Origin: Thecamonas trahens ATCC 50062
Taxonomy: Eukaryota; Protista; Apusomonadida
DNA: 64,000 bases
NCBI RefSeq assembly: GCF_000142905.1
Contig: NW_013657659.1
Coordinates: 269,458 to 333,457 of the forward strand
Reading direction: 5' to 3'
In this document: piece by piece, positions 45,403 through 58,342 of the stretch
Layout of the letters: each line of letters starts with the position of its first letter
Numbering within the stretch: the stretch's first letter is position 1
Notes under the pieces: generated by a model
Databases searched by the model: none
Seen by the model: only the letters and a program-made list of their open reading frames with translations
What the model was told of the DNA's origin: nothing
Program-made: the position numbers and the translations under genes

Positions 45403-48400
45403 CTAGCGGGCGTTGGCAATGGCCATGGCGACGGTGTCCGAGTGGGAGATGGAGACGGAGAGGGTGGCGATGCCGAGGCGGTCTGCGGCATCGCGGGCGG
45501 CGCCGTGTAGGATGACGACAGGAGCGCCCGATGCCGAGGTGGAGATCTCGATGTCGCGGAGCGGAGCGGCAGGGCCAAGTGAGATGGAGGAGTCCTCGGG
45601 ATCGACGGCGTTGAGCGCCTTGAGAACGGCTTCCTTGGCGCACCAGCGGCCGGCAAATGAGGCCGGCGGTGATGGGCGGCTCGTGCAGTGGCTGACCTCG
45701 TCGGGAGTAAAGTTGCGGTCGAGAAAGTCCGACGAGGTAGCGCGGGCGTGCCACTCGGCCAGATCCTCGACGTCGACGCCGACGCCGCGGACGGGGGGCT
45801 GGGGAGTCTTTGGGGTGGAAGCGCCAGAGGCAGAGGATGCGGCAGCGGAGGATGCGGCATTGAGCTGGGCCTCTAGGGCGGCGGTGCGGGTCATCTTGAT
45901 GCGCCACTGGCCGTCGGCCGGGTCGCGGGTGGCGCGGGCGTTGGGTTGAGGTAGACGCGGGTCTGGTCACGATCCGAGTACGGGGCCTCATTCTTGACAG
46001 AGATGAGGGCGCGGCGCGAGGTGAGGACTTCGTGGCCGTAGCGGTAGGCTGCGGTGGCGCGCGGGAGGCGGGCGGCTGAGTAGGCGGCCATCTGTGCAGG
46101 CGAGAGTGCGGCAAAGACGTACATGGGGTTGAGGACGAGGATGGATGCACCGGCCTGGCCAAAGCCAAACGACTTGAGGAGAGCGGCACGCGGCGGGCTC
46201 GGCAGCTTGATGGGGCGGTCGAGGTAGAGCAGGTGCGAGTTCTTGGCGAGGGCCGGGTCGACATTGTCGAGGTTGCCGTTGCCCGGCACGATGGATGAGG
46301 CCATGATCTGCAGCACGCCGTTGAGCATCCATCCTGCGGCTGGGGCCTTGGGGTGGCCGGTGAGCCACTTTTGGAAGACCGTGAAGACCGGGTTGCCCGA
46401 GTGGCGGCCGAGGTGGTCGAGCTCGATCTGGTTGACGGTGGATTCTGAGGTGTCGTTGAGGGCGGTGCCTGTGCCGTGGAAGGAGATGAGGTCGACGTCG
46501 TTGATGTCGAGGCCAAAAACGGCGAGGGCACCGCGGAGCGGGGCGACGGACGGATCATCGAGGTAGAACTCCATGTTCCACATCTTGAGGGCGGCGCGGG
46601 TCATTTTGTGGGCGACAGCGTCGAGTGCAGCGGAGCGCTCGGCAAGGTAGGCGGCAGCCGAGTCTGGCCCGGCGGAGTCTGCCATGGCCTGTGCGCCGCG
46701 CTCGAGGGCATCGCGCTGAGCGGAGAGCCAGGCGGCGATGCGGGCGCGCTCGTCATCCAGCTGTGCGCGACGGTAGTCGATGTCGAGCATGGGGTTGGCA
46801 AAGGCGAGCGGGACTTCGCGGGCGGCTGTGAGGATGCCCTGGCCCGGGGCCGGGACGGAGCGGCCTTCCTTGTCCGTGGCGGTGGCGGACCATGCGAGAA
46901 CGGCGTGGATGGGCAGGCCCATCTCGATGGCGAGGGCGGCGGTGGTGAGCATCTGGACGGCGCCGCCCTGCGACTCCATAAAGCCGCCGCGCGAAGTTGT
47001 GGCCGGGCGACACATCTCGCGCGGGTCGCGACCTTGTGCAAACTCCTTGTCCGAGTTTGAGGTTGCGCCCATCTGGGCAAACTCGTAGGACGACTCTTCG
47101 CCAAAGTCGTCGAAACCGCCGACAAACATGACCTTGGCCTTGCCGGCCAGCAGGGTCTCGACGGCGATGTCGACGGACTCTGCGGCTGTGGCGCATGCGG
47201 CCACGGGGGTCTTGATGGGGCCGGATGCCGAGAGCAGAAGCATATTGATCCATGCGGGGGCGACGTTGATGAGCTGCTCCTGGAGGGTGTCTGAGGGAAT
47301 GTCGTGGTCGAGGAGGCGGTCGCGGTGTGCGCGGCGGATGGCGCGCATGCCGCCCATGCCGCCGCCGATGGAGTTTCCGACCTGTGAGACGTGGACATAG
47401 TTGTAGAGCTCGTAGGGGTCTGTGATGCCGGCGGTGAGGAGGGCCTCTGCGGTGGAGGTGAGGAGGTAGAGGGTGACCGGGTCGACCTGGGCGATGATGT
47501 CCTGCGGGACGCCGAGGCGGGCCGGGTCCCAGCCTGTGGGAATCTGACCGGCGACGGCGCGATCGAAGCGGAGGGCCTTGGGCACGTAGACGACGGAGCC
47601 TGGCTCGAGCTGGACGAACCAGGTAGAGCCGCGCTCAAAGATGGTAGCGGCGTCACCGTGCTCGGCCTTGAAGGCGGTGGCCTCCTCGGGTGAGGCGACC
47701 TCGACGGGGCCAAGGGTGTTTGTGACGACGACTTGGCGCAGGAAGGACTTTGCGTGAGGAGAGTAGCCGTCAAAGAGTTCCGGCTCGACGAGGCGGATGC
47801 CGGCGTGTGCGAGGATGGCGTCTTCGTAGGAGGCCTTGACGTCGAGGTCTGCGACGAGAGCGCGCGTGGTGGCATCGACCCAGGAGGCCTGGGCGGGGTC
47901 GTATGTGATGAGGCCCATGAGCCAGGCCAGTTCGATGCAGCCCTCGAGCGAGAGCTCGCCCGACTGCTCCATGTCCCAGCGTGTGCGAGCGTTGCCCCAG
48001 GGCCCGATCTCGCCGTAGCCGACGACGCAGACGATGGACTCGAGGTCGAGCATGCCGTGGAGATTTGCGCGGAGCGGAGCGAGGGTGTCCTCTGTGGGAA
48101 GATTTGGAAAGGCAAAGTCGAAGCAGGCGCGGTCCTGGGCAGGCAGCGGCGGCAGCGGCGGAGCTTGCTCGGCAAGGGCGCGTGCTGTGGCAGCCTGGGC
48201 TTCGAGGTCGGCGCGGACGTCGCGGAGGAGGGTGTGCAAGTCGGGAACGGTGCCCATGCCGCCGGAGAGGTCAGCGACGAGCGGCCCCTCTTCGATGCGG
48301 GCCTTCATGGCGGGAACGATGAGGGCGAGGATGTTGAAGGCCATTTCAGCAGGCGAAAAGGTGCGGCAGCCATAGTCGTTCTCCATGGTGGGAGCGACGA

Positions 48401-51400
48401 GGTTTGTGCCGGACATGAGGCCGGTGCCGCGAGTCCAACCGATGACGGCGCCTACGACGGAGAGGTAGTGGCCCCAGCCTTCCGAGACGCACTTTGCCAG
48501 CAGGGCCTCGAGACCGATTTTGGACTCTGAGTAGAGGCCGTCGTGACCAAAGGCGCCGTGATTGGGCGAGAGCGGGAGGACGACGCAGGCCGGACGGGTC
48601 TCGATCTGGCGGGCGTCCTTGGCGGCCTTGACGGCACCGAGGAGGCGCTCGAGGTTTGTGAGCATGATGCGGTGTGCGAGTTCGGACTTTGAGTCGAGGC
48701 TCGCGAGATCACGGCCGTTCTCTGAGATGGCGGCAAAGGGCAGGATGACGTCGAGGTCCATGGCTAGAGAAGAGTAGATGTAGTCGACGAGGGCGTTGAC
48801 GTCTGCGAGCGAGCCCTGGTTGAAGGGGACCAAGATGAGCGAGGCGCCGGCGGCGCCCCACTGGCGGTAGACGTTGCGGTACATGGTGGTCTTGGCGAGC
48901 GAGTACGACGAGGTGGTAGCGACGACGCGGGCACCGCCTGCGAGGAGGTGCTTGACGCACTCGAGGCCGATGGAGCCTGAGCCACATCCGGTGACGAGGA
49001 CGTGGAGGCCGGCAAAGGAGACGGAACCGGAGGCGAGGCTGTGTAGGGCGGAGTGGTAGATGGAGCATGCGAGAGTCGCGTCGGCGTGGGCGGCGCGGAG
49101 GTGGGCGAGCTGGCTGGCGACTTGGTCGGGCACCTGATGGTGGGGGACGGCGGCGAGTAGGGACTCGAGAGCGGCGAGGGCGGCTGCGACTTGTGCGCTC
49201 TGTGCGGAGCCTGGCGGAGCGACGGTGAGAGCCGAGGCGCCGCGAGTGACAGAGGCGACGTACTCGGAGAGGTTTGCAACGCCGTGGCGCGGGAGCTCTT
49301 CGTAGACGATGGCGCCCTTTGGGGAGATGGAGACGTGGGGGGCTGTGAGCTCGTCAAAGTGGAGGTATGCGCGTGGCGGAGTAGGAGCATGACGGAGGGT
49401 AGTGGCGAGGAAAGCGAGCTTGTCGGCGACGCCGGGCGGGCATGCAGCGGAATCGCGAGCCTTTGCTGCGTAGCACTCGACGAGCGGAGCGAGGTTGGTG
49501 CCGCCGCGGTTGCGGAGCGAGTCGAGGCGAGCATCGACGAGCGGGTCGTCGAGAGCTCGGTTCGCGGAGATGAGGTCGAGGAAGAGCTCGACAAAGTCGA
49601 CGCGGGCCCAGTTCCAGGCCGAGTCGTAGACGCGGACCTTTGCTGGGGCGAAAGCGGCGACGATGCCGTCGGCGTAGGCGTCGCCGTGCTCGGCGCGCCA
49701 CCAGTCGAGCTCGGCGTGTGCGGCGTGCGCGGCGGCGGTGGCGGCAGCGGCGGTCTTGTCGGCGGCGCGCGAATCGATGCCAAGGAAGTTATGGTGGGCG
49801 GCGCCGAGGTTGCGGATGAGCTGAGCGTGGCTCTCGGTAAAGGCGGCGAGCTGGGCGAGGACGGCGGCGGCGGCGGCTGAGGAGAGGCCAGCGCCGGGAG
49901 CGGCGGCGGCGGCTGCAGCGGCCGGCGAGGCGAGGGGAATGCCCGCAAAGGACGCGTAGCTCTGGGCGGTGGCGTCGAGCCATGCGTGGGCTTCTGTCTG
50001 CGAGGCGAGGCGCGATGCGGGCTCGGAGAGAAGGCCGTGGACGAGGACGGAGTCGATGCGGCCCGGGCCGAGGCCAAAGGCGGAGGCGAGATGTGCGGCA
50101 GCGGCGTCGTAGCCTAGGGCGATCTTTGTTGAAAGCATCTTGCGGACGCGGTTTGAGGAGACCTTGCCGAGCTTTGAGTATGCGGGGCCTACGGCAGCGG
50201 CAGCGGCGGCGAGCGGCATGTCGGCGAGGTTGTCGACGGAGGCGGGAGCGGGGCCAAACTCTTCGCCGAGCTCACCGACGATCTCGTTTTGGAGGGCGGA
50301 CTTGCCGCCGGCGAGATCGCGGATGGAGGCGGTTGGGGCGGCGTCAGCCAACGACTTTTTGGACTTTGTGGCGACGAGGACACGGAGGACGTGTTCGGGC
50401 GCAGGCGGGGCGTCGGGAACGGCGGCGGCGGGCGGCGAGGTGGAATGGTCGGGAGCGGTGGGAGGAGGGGCGGCGACGGCAGGGGCCGGCAACGAGAGGC
50501 CGTGGGCAGCGGCGTAAGAGGCGGCGACGGAAGCGAGCCAAGCATTGGCGGCGGCGTCGTCGGGAAGGCGCGACGGCGGCTCCATAGCAAGGGCGCGGAC
50601 GAGGGCGTTGTCGACAAGGCCGCCATCGAGGCCGGCGGCGTTGAGTGCGGCGCGCATTTTCGAGGCGCCAAAGCCGCCGGGCAGCTTGCGCGAGGCGAGC
50701 TTCCCGAGGAGGGCGATGGAGACCTTGCCGAGGGACTTGTAGGATGGAGCGACGGCAGCAGCAAAGGCGGAGAGCGGCATCTCGACAGCGTTGTCGGGGG
50801 TGGATGCAGAGGCAAACTCCTTGCCGAGGTCGCCAACGACCTCGTTTTGCATGGCGGACTTGCCGCCGGCCAGCTCGCGGAGGGTGGAGTTGCCGGTGAC
50901 GTCTGCCAGCGGCTTTTCATCTTGACGGCGACGAGGGCCAGCATGATGTGCTCGGCAGAGATGGGGCCCGAGATTGTGGCAGTAGATGCCGTTGGGGCGG
51001 AGGGAGAGGCGGGAGGCGGGAGCGCAGGTGTGGGTGTGGTCGGGGGTGGGGGCGTGGGAGTGACGGGCGGTTCGACGCGATTGCCTTCGAGCAGATAGAT
51101 GGCGTCTGTGTGAGAAGCGTAGGAGACGACGGTGATGAGCGGTGCGAGCGGCGAGAAGGCGGGGCGGGTGAGAGTGCGAGAGGCCAGGGTGGAGAGAGTG
51201 GGCATGGGCCCAATCTCGATGATGCGGCGGACGCCTGTGTTGAAGAGCACCTCCTGGGTCTTGATCCACTGGACGGGCGAGGCAAACTGGTAGGAGAGGA
51301 GCTCGATGAGGAGCTTGCGGCCGAGGGCGGGCTTTGCGTGGTGGGAAGCCCATGTGTCCCAGTGAGCGAGGACGTCTGCGAGGATTTCTGAGCCTGTGGC

Positions 51401-54400
51401 TGTTGCAACCAGCTCGCAGTACGATCTGGAGATGGCAAAGGGGACGGCGGTGACGTTGGGAATGTAGACGCCCTCCATGGCGGCGACGGTTGTGACCGGG
51501 GCGATGGAGGCCTCGAGAGCGGCGCGGAAGGCGGCGACGCCCGGGCGGAGGAGCTTTGAGTGGAAGGGGACGTCGATGCCGCGGAGCGGGATTGTGGCGG
51601 AGCCGCGGGAGAGAGAGAGGAGCGAGCCCTCTGCGCGGTGCTCTGCGCGGAGGGCCTCTGTGACCTTTGTGGTTGCGCGGACGAGGCGGGCGATGGGCGA
51701 CTCTGGCGAGCGCTTGAGGGCGGAGAGGACGCGGGAGAGGGCTTCGAGGTTGTAGAGATCGCCTGCGACGACGTACTGGCGGCCTTCGACGTTGTAGTTG
51801 ACGATTTGGAGAAGGGCGCCGGTGGCGGACTCGATGCCGTCGACGACGGCGGAGAGGAGGTGTGGCGAGCAGTGCGGGCCGACGCGCGAGGGGTCTGCGG
51901 CAACCATGCCGTATGAGGAGCGGCCGGCTGCGTCGCGAACGACGGCGGACTGCATGGTCATGCCGCGAAGAAAGACGATGACGACGAGCTCCTCGGGCGG
52001 CATGACGTCGCCGGAGACGGAGACTGCGGCGTACTCGCCGAGCGAGTGGCCGGCGACGAAGGCGCCTTTCTGGACGAGGCCGCGGGCGACCATGTCCGAG
52101 TAGGCAGCGACTTCGAACATGACGAGAGCCGGCTGATTGAACTGGGTGGCGAAGAGGAGGCCGCCCTGCGGGGCTGAGAAGGTGTAGGATGAGGATGAGG
52201 AGGTGATGTCCGGGAAGAGAGCCTGGGTGGTAAAGACGAGCTTTCCGGTGGCGTTGTCGAGGTGCGGGACCTGTCTGGTGAGGGCGCGATAGTTGTCGCG
52301 GATAGCTACGCCGCGCGGGCCGTGAAAGTGAACGGTGAGCTCTTTCGGGTTCTTGCGGACGATGTGAAGGAGCGAGAAGCCAAACTTTGCCTTGAGATGG
52401 GCGTCGGCACGGTCCCAGAGGTTGCGCGCGACGGGCGATGAGGCGTAGAGATCCATGCCCATGCCGAGTTCTGTGGAACCCTGGCCGGTAAAGAGGTAAG
52501 CGGTGCGCGGCTGCGCGACAAGAGCGGTGGCGCGCAGGACGGGGAGGTCATCGGCGTTGCGTGTTGTGATGTGGATGACGGCGGCGCCGTTGCGCATGCC
52601 GACGCGGACGAGCTGTGTGTAGAGCTTGTTCAGCGGGAGGACCATGCCTGTAAACTCGACGGCAAAGTCGAGGATGCGGTGGGGATCGTTGTCGGCCCAG
52701 GTTTCGAGGACGCGGCGGGCGTTTGCGGCGAGCCACATGCCGTGGGTGATTGTACCAGGCAAGTTTGCGAGGACAGCGATGGCCGGGTTGACGTGAATGG
52801 GGTTGAGATCTCCGGAGGCGACTGCGTACGACGAGTTGTGGCGCGGGGCGGGAGCCATGTCTGGGGCGGCGAGGAGGATTTCGCCGCCGTCTGCAAACTC
52901 GACGGTGTCTGCGCCGTGCGAGAGGGGGACTGCGTGCTTGTCGAGAAAGGCGAGGACGTCGTTGGTGGCGGCAGCAGAGTAGGCGATGGTGGCGATCGGG
53001 GCGGGCAGCGGATGGCCGGGGACGGGGCGGGGGAGACGGTTCCGGAGACTGTGACGGAGGCTGTGGCGCCGTGTGGCCCGTAGGTGGTGTGTGAGGAGCA
53101 GTCAAAGACGAGGGCGGAGGCTGAGGCTGGGAGAGCGCCGTCGGACCAGGCGATCCACGACTCTGCGGCGACGAGTGCGCGCGGAATGGGAGCGCTGACG
53201 TCGAGGACGTGTGCGGTGTGAGAAGTGGTAAAGGTGTTCTCGTAGTCGTCAAAGTAGCCGCGGACAAGGAAGGAGGAGGTGAGGGTGAGGAGCGGGGCGC
53301 CGCAGCGGGCGATGTCGACGGCGACGGCGATGACCTTGCCCTCGGGGTCTGCGGTGGAGTTGCGGATTTCGACGAGGCGTGCGACCGATGTGAGGATGTC
53401 TCCCTCGGAGAGCTCCGAGGCGTGGAGGGCGGCGGGAGAGGGAGCGACCTTTGCGACGGAGTTTGTGAGGTGGACGAGGCGGAGAAAGTCGACGTTGAGC
53501 TCGTGGACAAAGAGGGCGCGCATGAGGGGGACCCAAGCTGCGGCGATGGCCATGTCGAGCGGAGCGGCGAGCTTGTCCTGACCGCGGTCGAGGTAGCGGC
53601 CGTTTGTGTTTCCGATGGCGCGCTGGAAGGACTTGATGGCGTCGCGTGTGAGGGTGTAAGTGGCGGAGAAGGAGCGGTCGGGAAGCGGGGTGGGGTCGTG
53701 GTCGGGCGGGAGAGCGAGGAGCGGGTCATCGAACCACATGGCGGCGTAAAAGTGCTTGACGCGGGCGGTGTGGCCCGAGTCGTTGACAAAGAGCAGGGCT
53801 AGTCCAGAGGGCGAGACACGATATGAGAAAGAGAGCGTGAGCGGGACGACGGCGCCGCCGGGCTTGTGGTGGTGGACGACGGCGACGACGTCTGAGGCGT
53901 GTGCATCAAAGGAGAGCGAGATGAGGGCGGTGTCAGAGTGGTGGGCGGAGAGGGTGATGGTCTGAGAGGAGCGGGAGTAGATTGCGCCCGGGAAGGGGCA
54001 AAGAGCGGGGCGACCATGTTTGGGATGCGCGAGTGGCCGTCGGGAGCGACGTAAGAGGGCGAGAGGAGGGCGACGGCGCGCCAGCCGGGATCGGGGCCGG
54101 CGAGCTCGTCGAGCACGGCGCTGAGCGAGGGAAGAGACGAGGGAGCGGCGTCGAGCGGGATGACGATGTCGTCGAGCGGGGCGATGGTGAGCGGGGCGTT
54201 TGGGAGGTGGGATGGATGCGGGCGGGCCGGGCCTGCGAGATAGGGGACGGGCGTCGGGGCTTGAGCAGAGGGAGCGGAAGCGAGGACGTGGAGGACGTGG
54301 TCTGTGATTGAGTTGAGGATGGTAGCGACGGGCTCGTTTGCCGAGGTGGAAAACGCTGCGGCGACGGGGCCGTGGAGGACAAAGACGCGCTGGGGATCCG

Positions 54401-57400
54401 AGTCTGGCACGCAGGAGAGGTCCTCCGACATCCACAGTGAGTCCTTCTTGAACCAGTAAGCGATGTCAGCGTCGAGAAGCGGGACAAAGTTGACGGGCTT
54501 GCCGCCGGTCTTGCAGAGAGCGAGAAAGTAGTCGATGTCCTGAGAGGCGAGGAGGAGCGAGTCGAGGCGCGGAAGGGCGGCGGCGAGGTGTGCGAGGAGG
54601 GAGCGCGTGTGTTCTGCGGAGGAGGGGAAGGCGTCCGGCGAGGCGAGGGCGGGAAAGGCAGTGATGATGGGGTTGATGGCGGTTGCGACGCGCTCTACGG
54701 CGCGGAGGGTCATTGCGGCGGTGCGGGAGCGGTAAGTGGCGTGCATCCAAGCGCCGGTGGCGTCAGTCATGAGGTGGACCATGCGACGGAGGAGAGCAGC
54801 GTATGTGAGTTGCGAGAGCGGGCACGGGTTGCCTGTGCGCGGGCAGCGCGGGAAGAATGGCTTCTGGTAGTGATCGTTGAGGCCTGAGATGATGGCGGCG
54901 CGGTGCTTAGCGAGAGCGGCGGTGAGGGCGTCGCCCTTTTTGAGCAGACTGTTTTGTCCATCCAGGCCCAAAAGACGCCTGCACGGTTTGCGAGGACGTG
55001 GATGGGCTCGCCCAGCTCCGAGGTGACGGTGATGATGCCACCGACGGGGCCGTCGTAGGAGCGCTCCCACTCGTGCTGTGCGGCGACGCCTGGGGTTGCG
55101 ACGATGAGGTCCTTGACTGGGGATGCAGTGGCGGCTTCTGCGGCGACCATGACGCGGGATGCGATCATGACGGCGTCAAAGGGCATGGGCGGGTAGCCGT
55201 AGGGCTCTGACCAGGCGCCGGTGAGGTAGGGAGTTGCGGAGGGCCGTCGCCGATGCCTGAGCCCATGGTGAGGACGATGTTTGGGGTGGCGCGGATGGCG
55301 TGGTAGGTGTGGAGGATGGGATGGTGGGCATCCTCGAAGGAGTGGTGGCCGCCGGCGCGGCCGCCGGTCCACTGGAGGACGACTGTGAGGTGGGGGACGG
55401 CGGAGGCGATGGCGAGGACACGGTGGATGGCGGAGACGTTTCCGGGCTTGAAGGAGAGCTCGCGGAGGCCTGCGGCAGCCAAGGCGGAGAGGATTTCGAT
55501 GCCGTTGTCGAGGGAGGGGACGCCTGCGGCGATTGTGACGTGTGAGATGGGGACGCCGCGTGCGAGGAGGGCGAGAGTGGCGGGGTACTGGAAGGCCCAC
55601 TGCTTGGGGTTGAGGAAGAGGAGGTTGAGGCCAAAGGAGGCGCCGGGGTTGAGGAGGGCGACGAGTTGGGCGACGCGGTCGTGGAAGATGGCCTTGCGGG
55701 GGAGGCCGCCGCCGGCGAGCTCTGCGTGGTAGCCGGCGTTTGCGATGGCGGCGACGAGCGGGGCGTGGGCGGATGTGGGGGTCATGCCGCCGACGAGGAC
55801 GGGCGGGCGGCCGGTAGCGCGAGTGAACTTTGTGTCGATGCGGACGGAGCCGTCGGGGAGGACGACGCGAGACGGGCCAAAGGCGTTTGCGTAGGAGATG
55901 CCAAAGGTGAGGTTGTCGACGGAGCGCGAGTAGAGCGGGAGAGTGTGTAGGGCGGAGGAGAGGACGGAGATGCCGCGCCCGCGGAGGTTTGCGGCAGTGA
56001 TGGCGGCGATGCCGGACTCGCGGCCGGGGCCAAAGTCGATGATGTGAGTGATGGCCGAGGCCGGGGCGGCCTCCTCGGCGGCGGCCAGTCGACGGTGGCG
56101 ACGGCGATGGAGGCAGCGAGGTGAGCGGTGAGCGAGGATGGGTGGAGGGTGGCCAGGTCTGCGCCGGCGTCTGTGGGCGAGTAGACCGGGAGCGAGAGGC
56201 GGGCGGAGGACCAGGAGGCGGCGAGGCCGATGCGGTGGAGATCGGCGGCGACTAGGGCGAGAGCGGGCTCGAGGAGCGGCGAGTGGAAGGAGCCGGAGAC
56301 GTCGAGGTAGACGGCGCGGTATGTGGGCTTGCGGAGCGAGAAGGGAGTGCGGGCCTGGTCGAGGTCGGGCGAGACGGCGACCGAGTCGAGAAAGTCGCAA
56401 AAGTCGTGCAGGTGCTCGCGGACGCCGGCGACGACAAACTTGTTGCGGCCGTTACGGAGGGCGAGGTGGACGTACTTTGGCACGGGGGCGCGGGCCTGAA
56501 AGGTGTCGAGGGCGTGGGTGAGGGTGTTTGAGTCGAGGCCGGTGACGGAGAGCATGGGTGTGGGCTTGCCACGGCCCTTTGCACGCGAGTCCTCGATGAC
56601 GTCGATGGGGAGGGCGGTGAGCGGGGCGACTTGCTGCATGCGAGCGCCGATCCAGAAGAGAAAGCGGACGGCGTCGACGGTGCGGGCGGCAAAGTCGTCG
56701 AGGGGCGAGTCGGCGGCGTCGTCGAGGAGGGCGAGGACGACGGCGGCGACGATGCCCTGCGAGTGGCCGGTGGCAGAGGCAAAGTGGCGGCGGAGGGCTG
56801 TGGGCGAGAGGGCAAGGTTTGCGGCGAGGGCGGCGTAGTTGAGCAGCTGTGTGAGACCGATGAGCGGGAAGGAGATCGGGGCAAAGGCGAGGTAGGTCGG
56901 CGGCGGCGGGGTGTTTGCCAGCCAGGCGGCGAGGTCAAAGCCGTGCTCGGCGTACCAGCCTAGCTCGACGGCCTGTGGCGAGGCAGCGGCGGCGGCAAGG
57001 GCGGCGGCGGCGGCATCGACGAGCGGGCGGATGCTGGGGGTGGCGGCGACGGTGGCAGCGAGTTCGGGCCAGTACTCGACGCCCTGGCCGCCAAAAACGG
57101 CGAGGAGCGAAGTGTTTGGCGAGGCGAGAAGAGCCGGGAGGTGGGGGAGGGCGGAGAGCGGGAGCAGGTTGACAGACGAGAGAAAGGCAACGGTAGCCTG
57201 GTAGCCGTGAATGGCGGCGGTGAGGGTGGGGGCGTCGGGGAGGGGGCGGCCCGAGGCGGAAGAGGCCTCGGCCAGAAAGTGGTCGTCGAGATGCGAGGTG
57301 TGGAGAGCGTGCAGCAGGAGGCGGAGGAGGGCAGTCTCCCGGGACGACTTGGGGTTGGGCTTGGGCGCGGAAGCGAGGACGGCAGCCATAAAGAGCGGGA

Positions 57401-57629
57401 GGGCAAAGACTGGCGAGGGTGCCGCCGACAGATCGGACTTGTCGGCCAGCGTCGAGGCGAGGGCGAGGAGCATGGACGGATCCCAGGTGGGCTTTGCGGA
57501 GGAGGCCACTGACGTGGCAGGTGGCAGGGGATCAAGCGGGACCGAGACCGAGAGGCTCTGATCGGCGGAAGAGTAGGGGAGGATGAGGCACGGGACGGCG
57601 TCGCCCGCCACGGATGAGGGGCGCGACAT
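45403..57629 (-). CDS. Single-chain fungal-type fatty acid synthase (AT-ER-DH-MPT-ACP-ACP-KR-KS-PPT), ~4070 aa, reconstructed across 7 apparent frameshifts
   Basis: AT: VFGGQG, GHSQG. FMN-type ER: [31 protein letters not shown]: [15 protein letters not shown]: [34 protein letters not shown]. Two ACPs: GGKSAMQNE and [11 protein letters not shown]: [18 protein letters not shown]: [29 protein letters not shown]: [26 protein letters not shown]. Shifts at ~56085, 55237, 54950, 53995, 53005, 50918 and 45945. Confidence 0.92.
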
Positions 57630-58342
57630 GGGTAGCGTGAGGGGAGGGGGAGGGGGGGAGGGGGGGAGGAGGGGGGAGGGGGGGGTAGGGGGGGGTAGGG
57701 GGGGGGTAGGAGTGGGGTGGTTTGTTTCGTGGTGGTGGAGTTTGATGAGTCTGACGTGGCAGCGTGGATTTTTTAGCCACGTCACGGGTGGGGTAGGGTG
57801 GGGTGGGGGGTGGACGATGGGGTGGACGNNNNNNNNNNNNNNNNNNNNNNNNNNNNNNNNNNNNNNNNNNNNNNNNNNNNNNNNNNNNNNNNNNNNNNNN
57901 NNNNNNNNNNNNNNNNNNNNNNNNNNNNNNNNNNNNNNNNNNNNNNNNNNNNNNNNNNNNNNNNNNNNNNNNNNNNNNNNNNNNNNNNNNNNNNNNNNNN
58001 NNNNNNNNNNNNNNNNNNNNNNNNNNNNNNNNNNNNNNNNNNNNNNNNNNNNNNNNNNNNNNNNNNNNNNNNNNNNNNNNNNNNNNNNNNNNNNNNNNNN
58101 NNNNNNNNNNNNNNNNNNNNNNNNNNNNNNNNNNNNNNNNNNNNNNNNNNNNNNNNNNNNNNNNNNNNNNNNNNNNNNNNNNNNNNNNNNNNNNNNNNNN
58201 NNNNNNNNNGGGGGGGTTCAGGCATGGTTGGTGGGAAGAAGCGAGTGTTGCGGACATGGCATGGCTTGGCGGACTCACGGTGGGCATCAAGGGGGGGGGG
58301 GGGGGGGGCGACTCGGGTTCCAGGTAGGCTTGTGGGTAGAGC

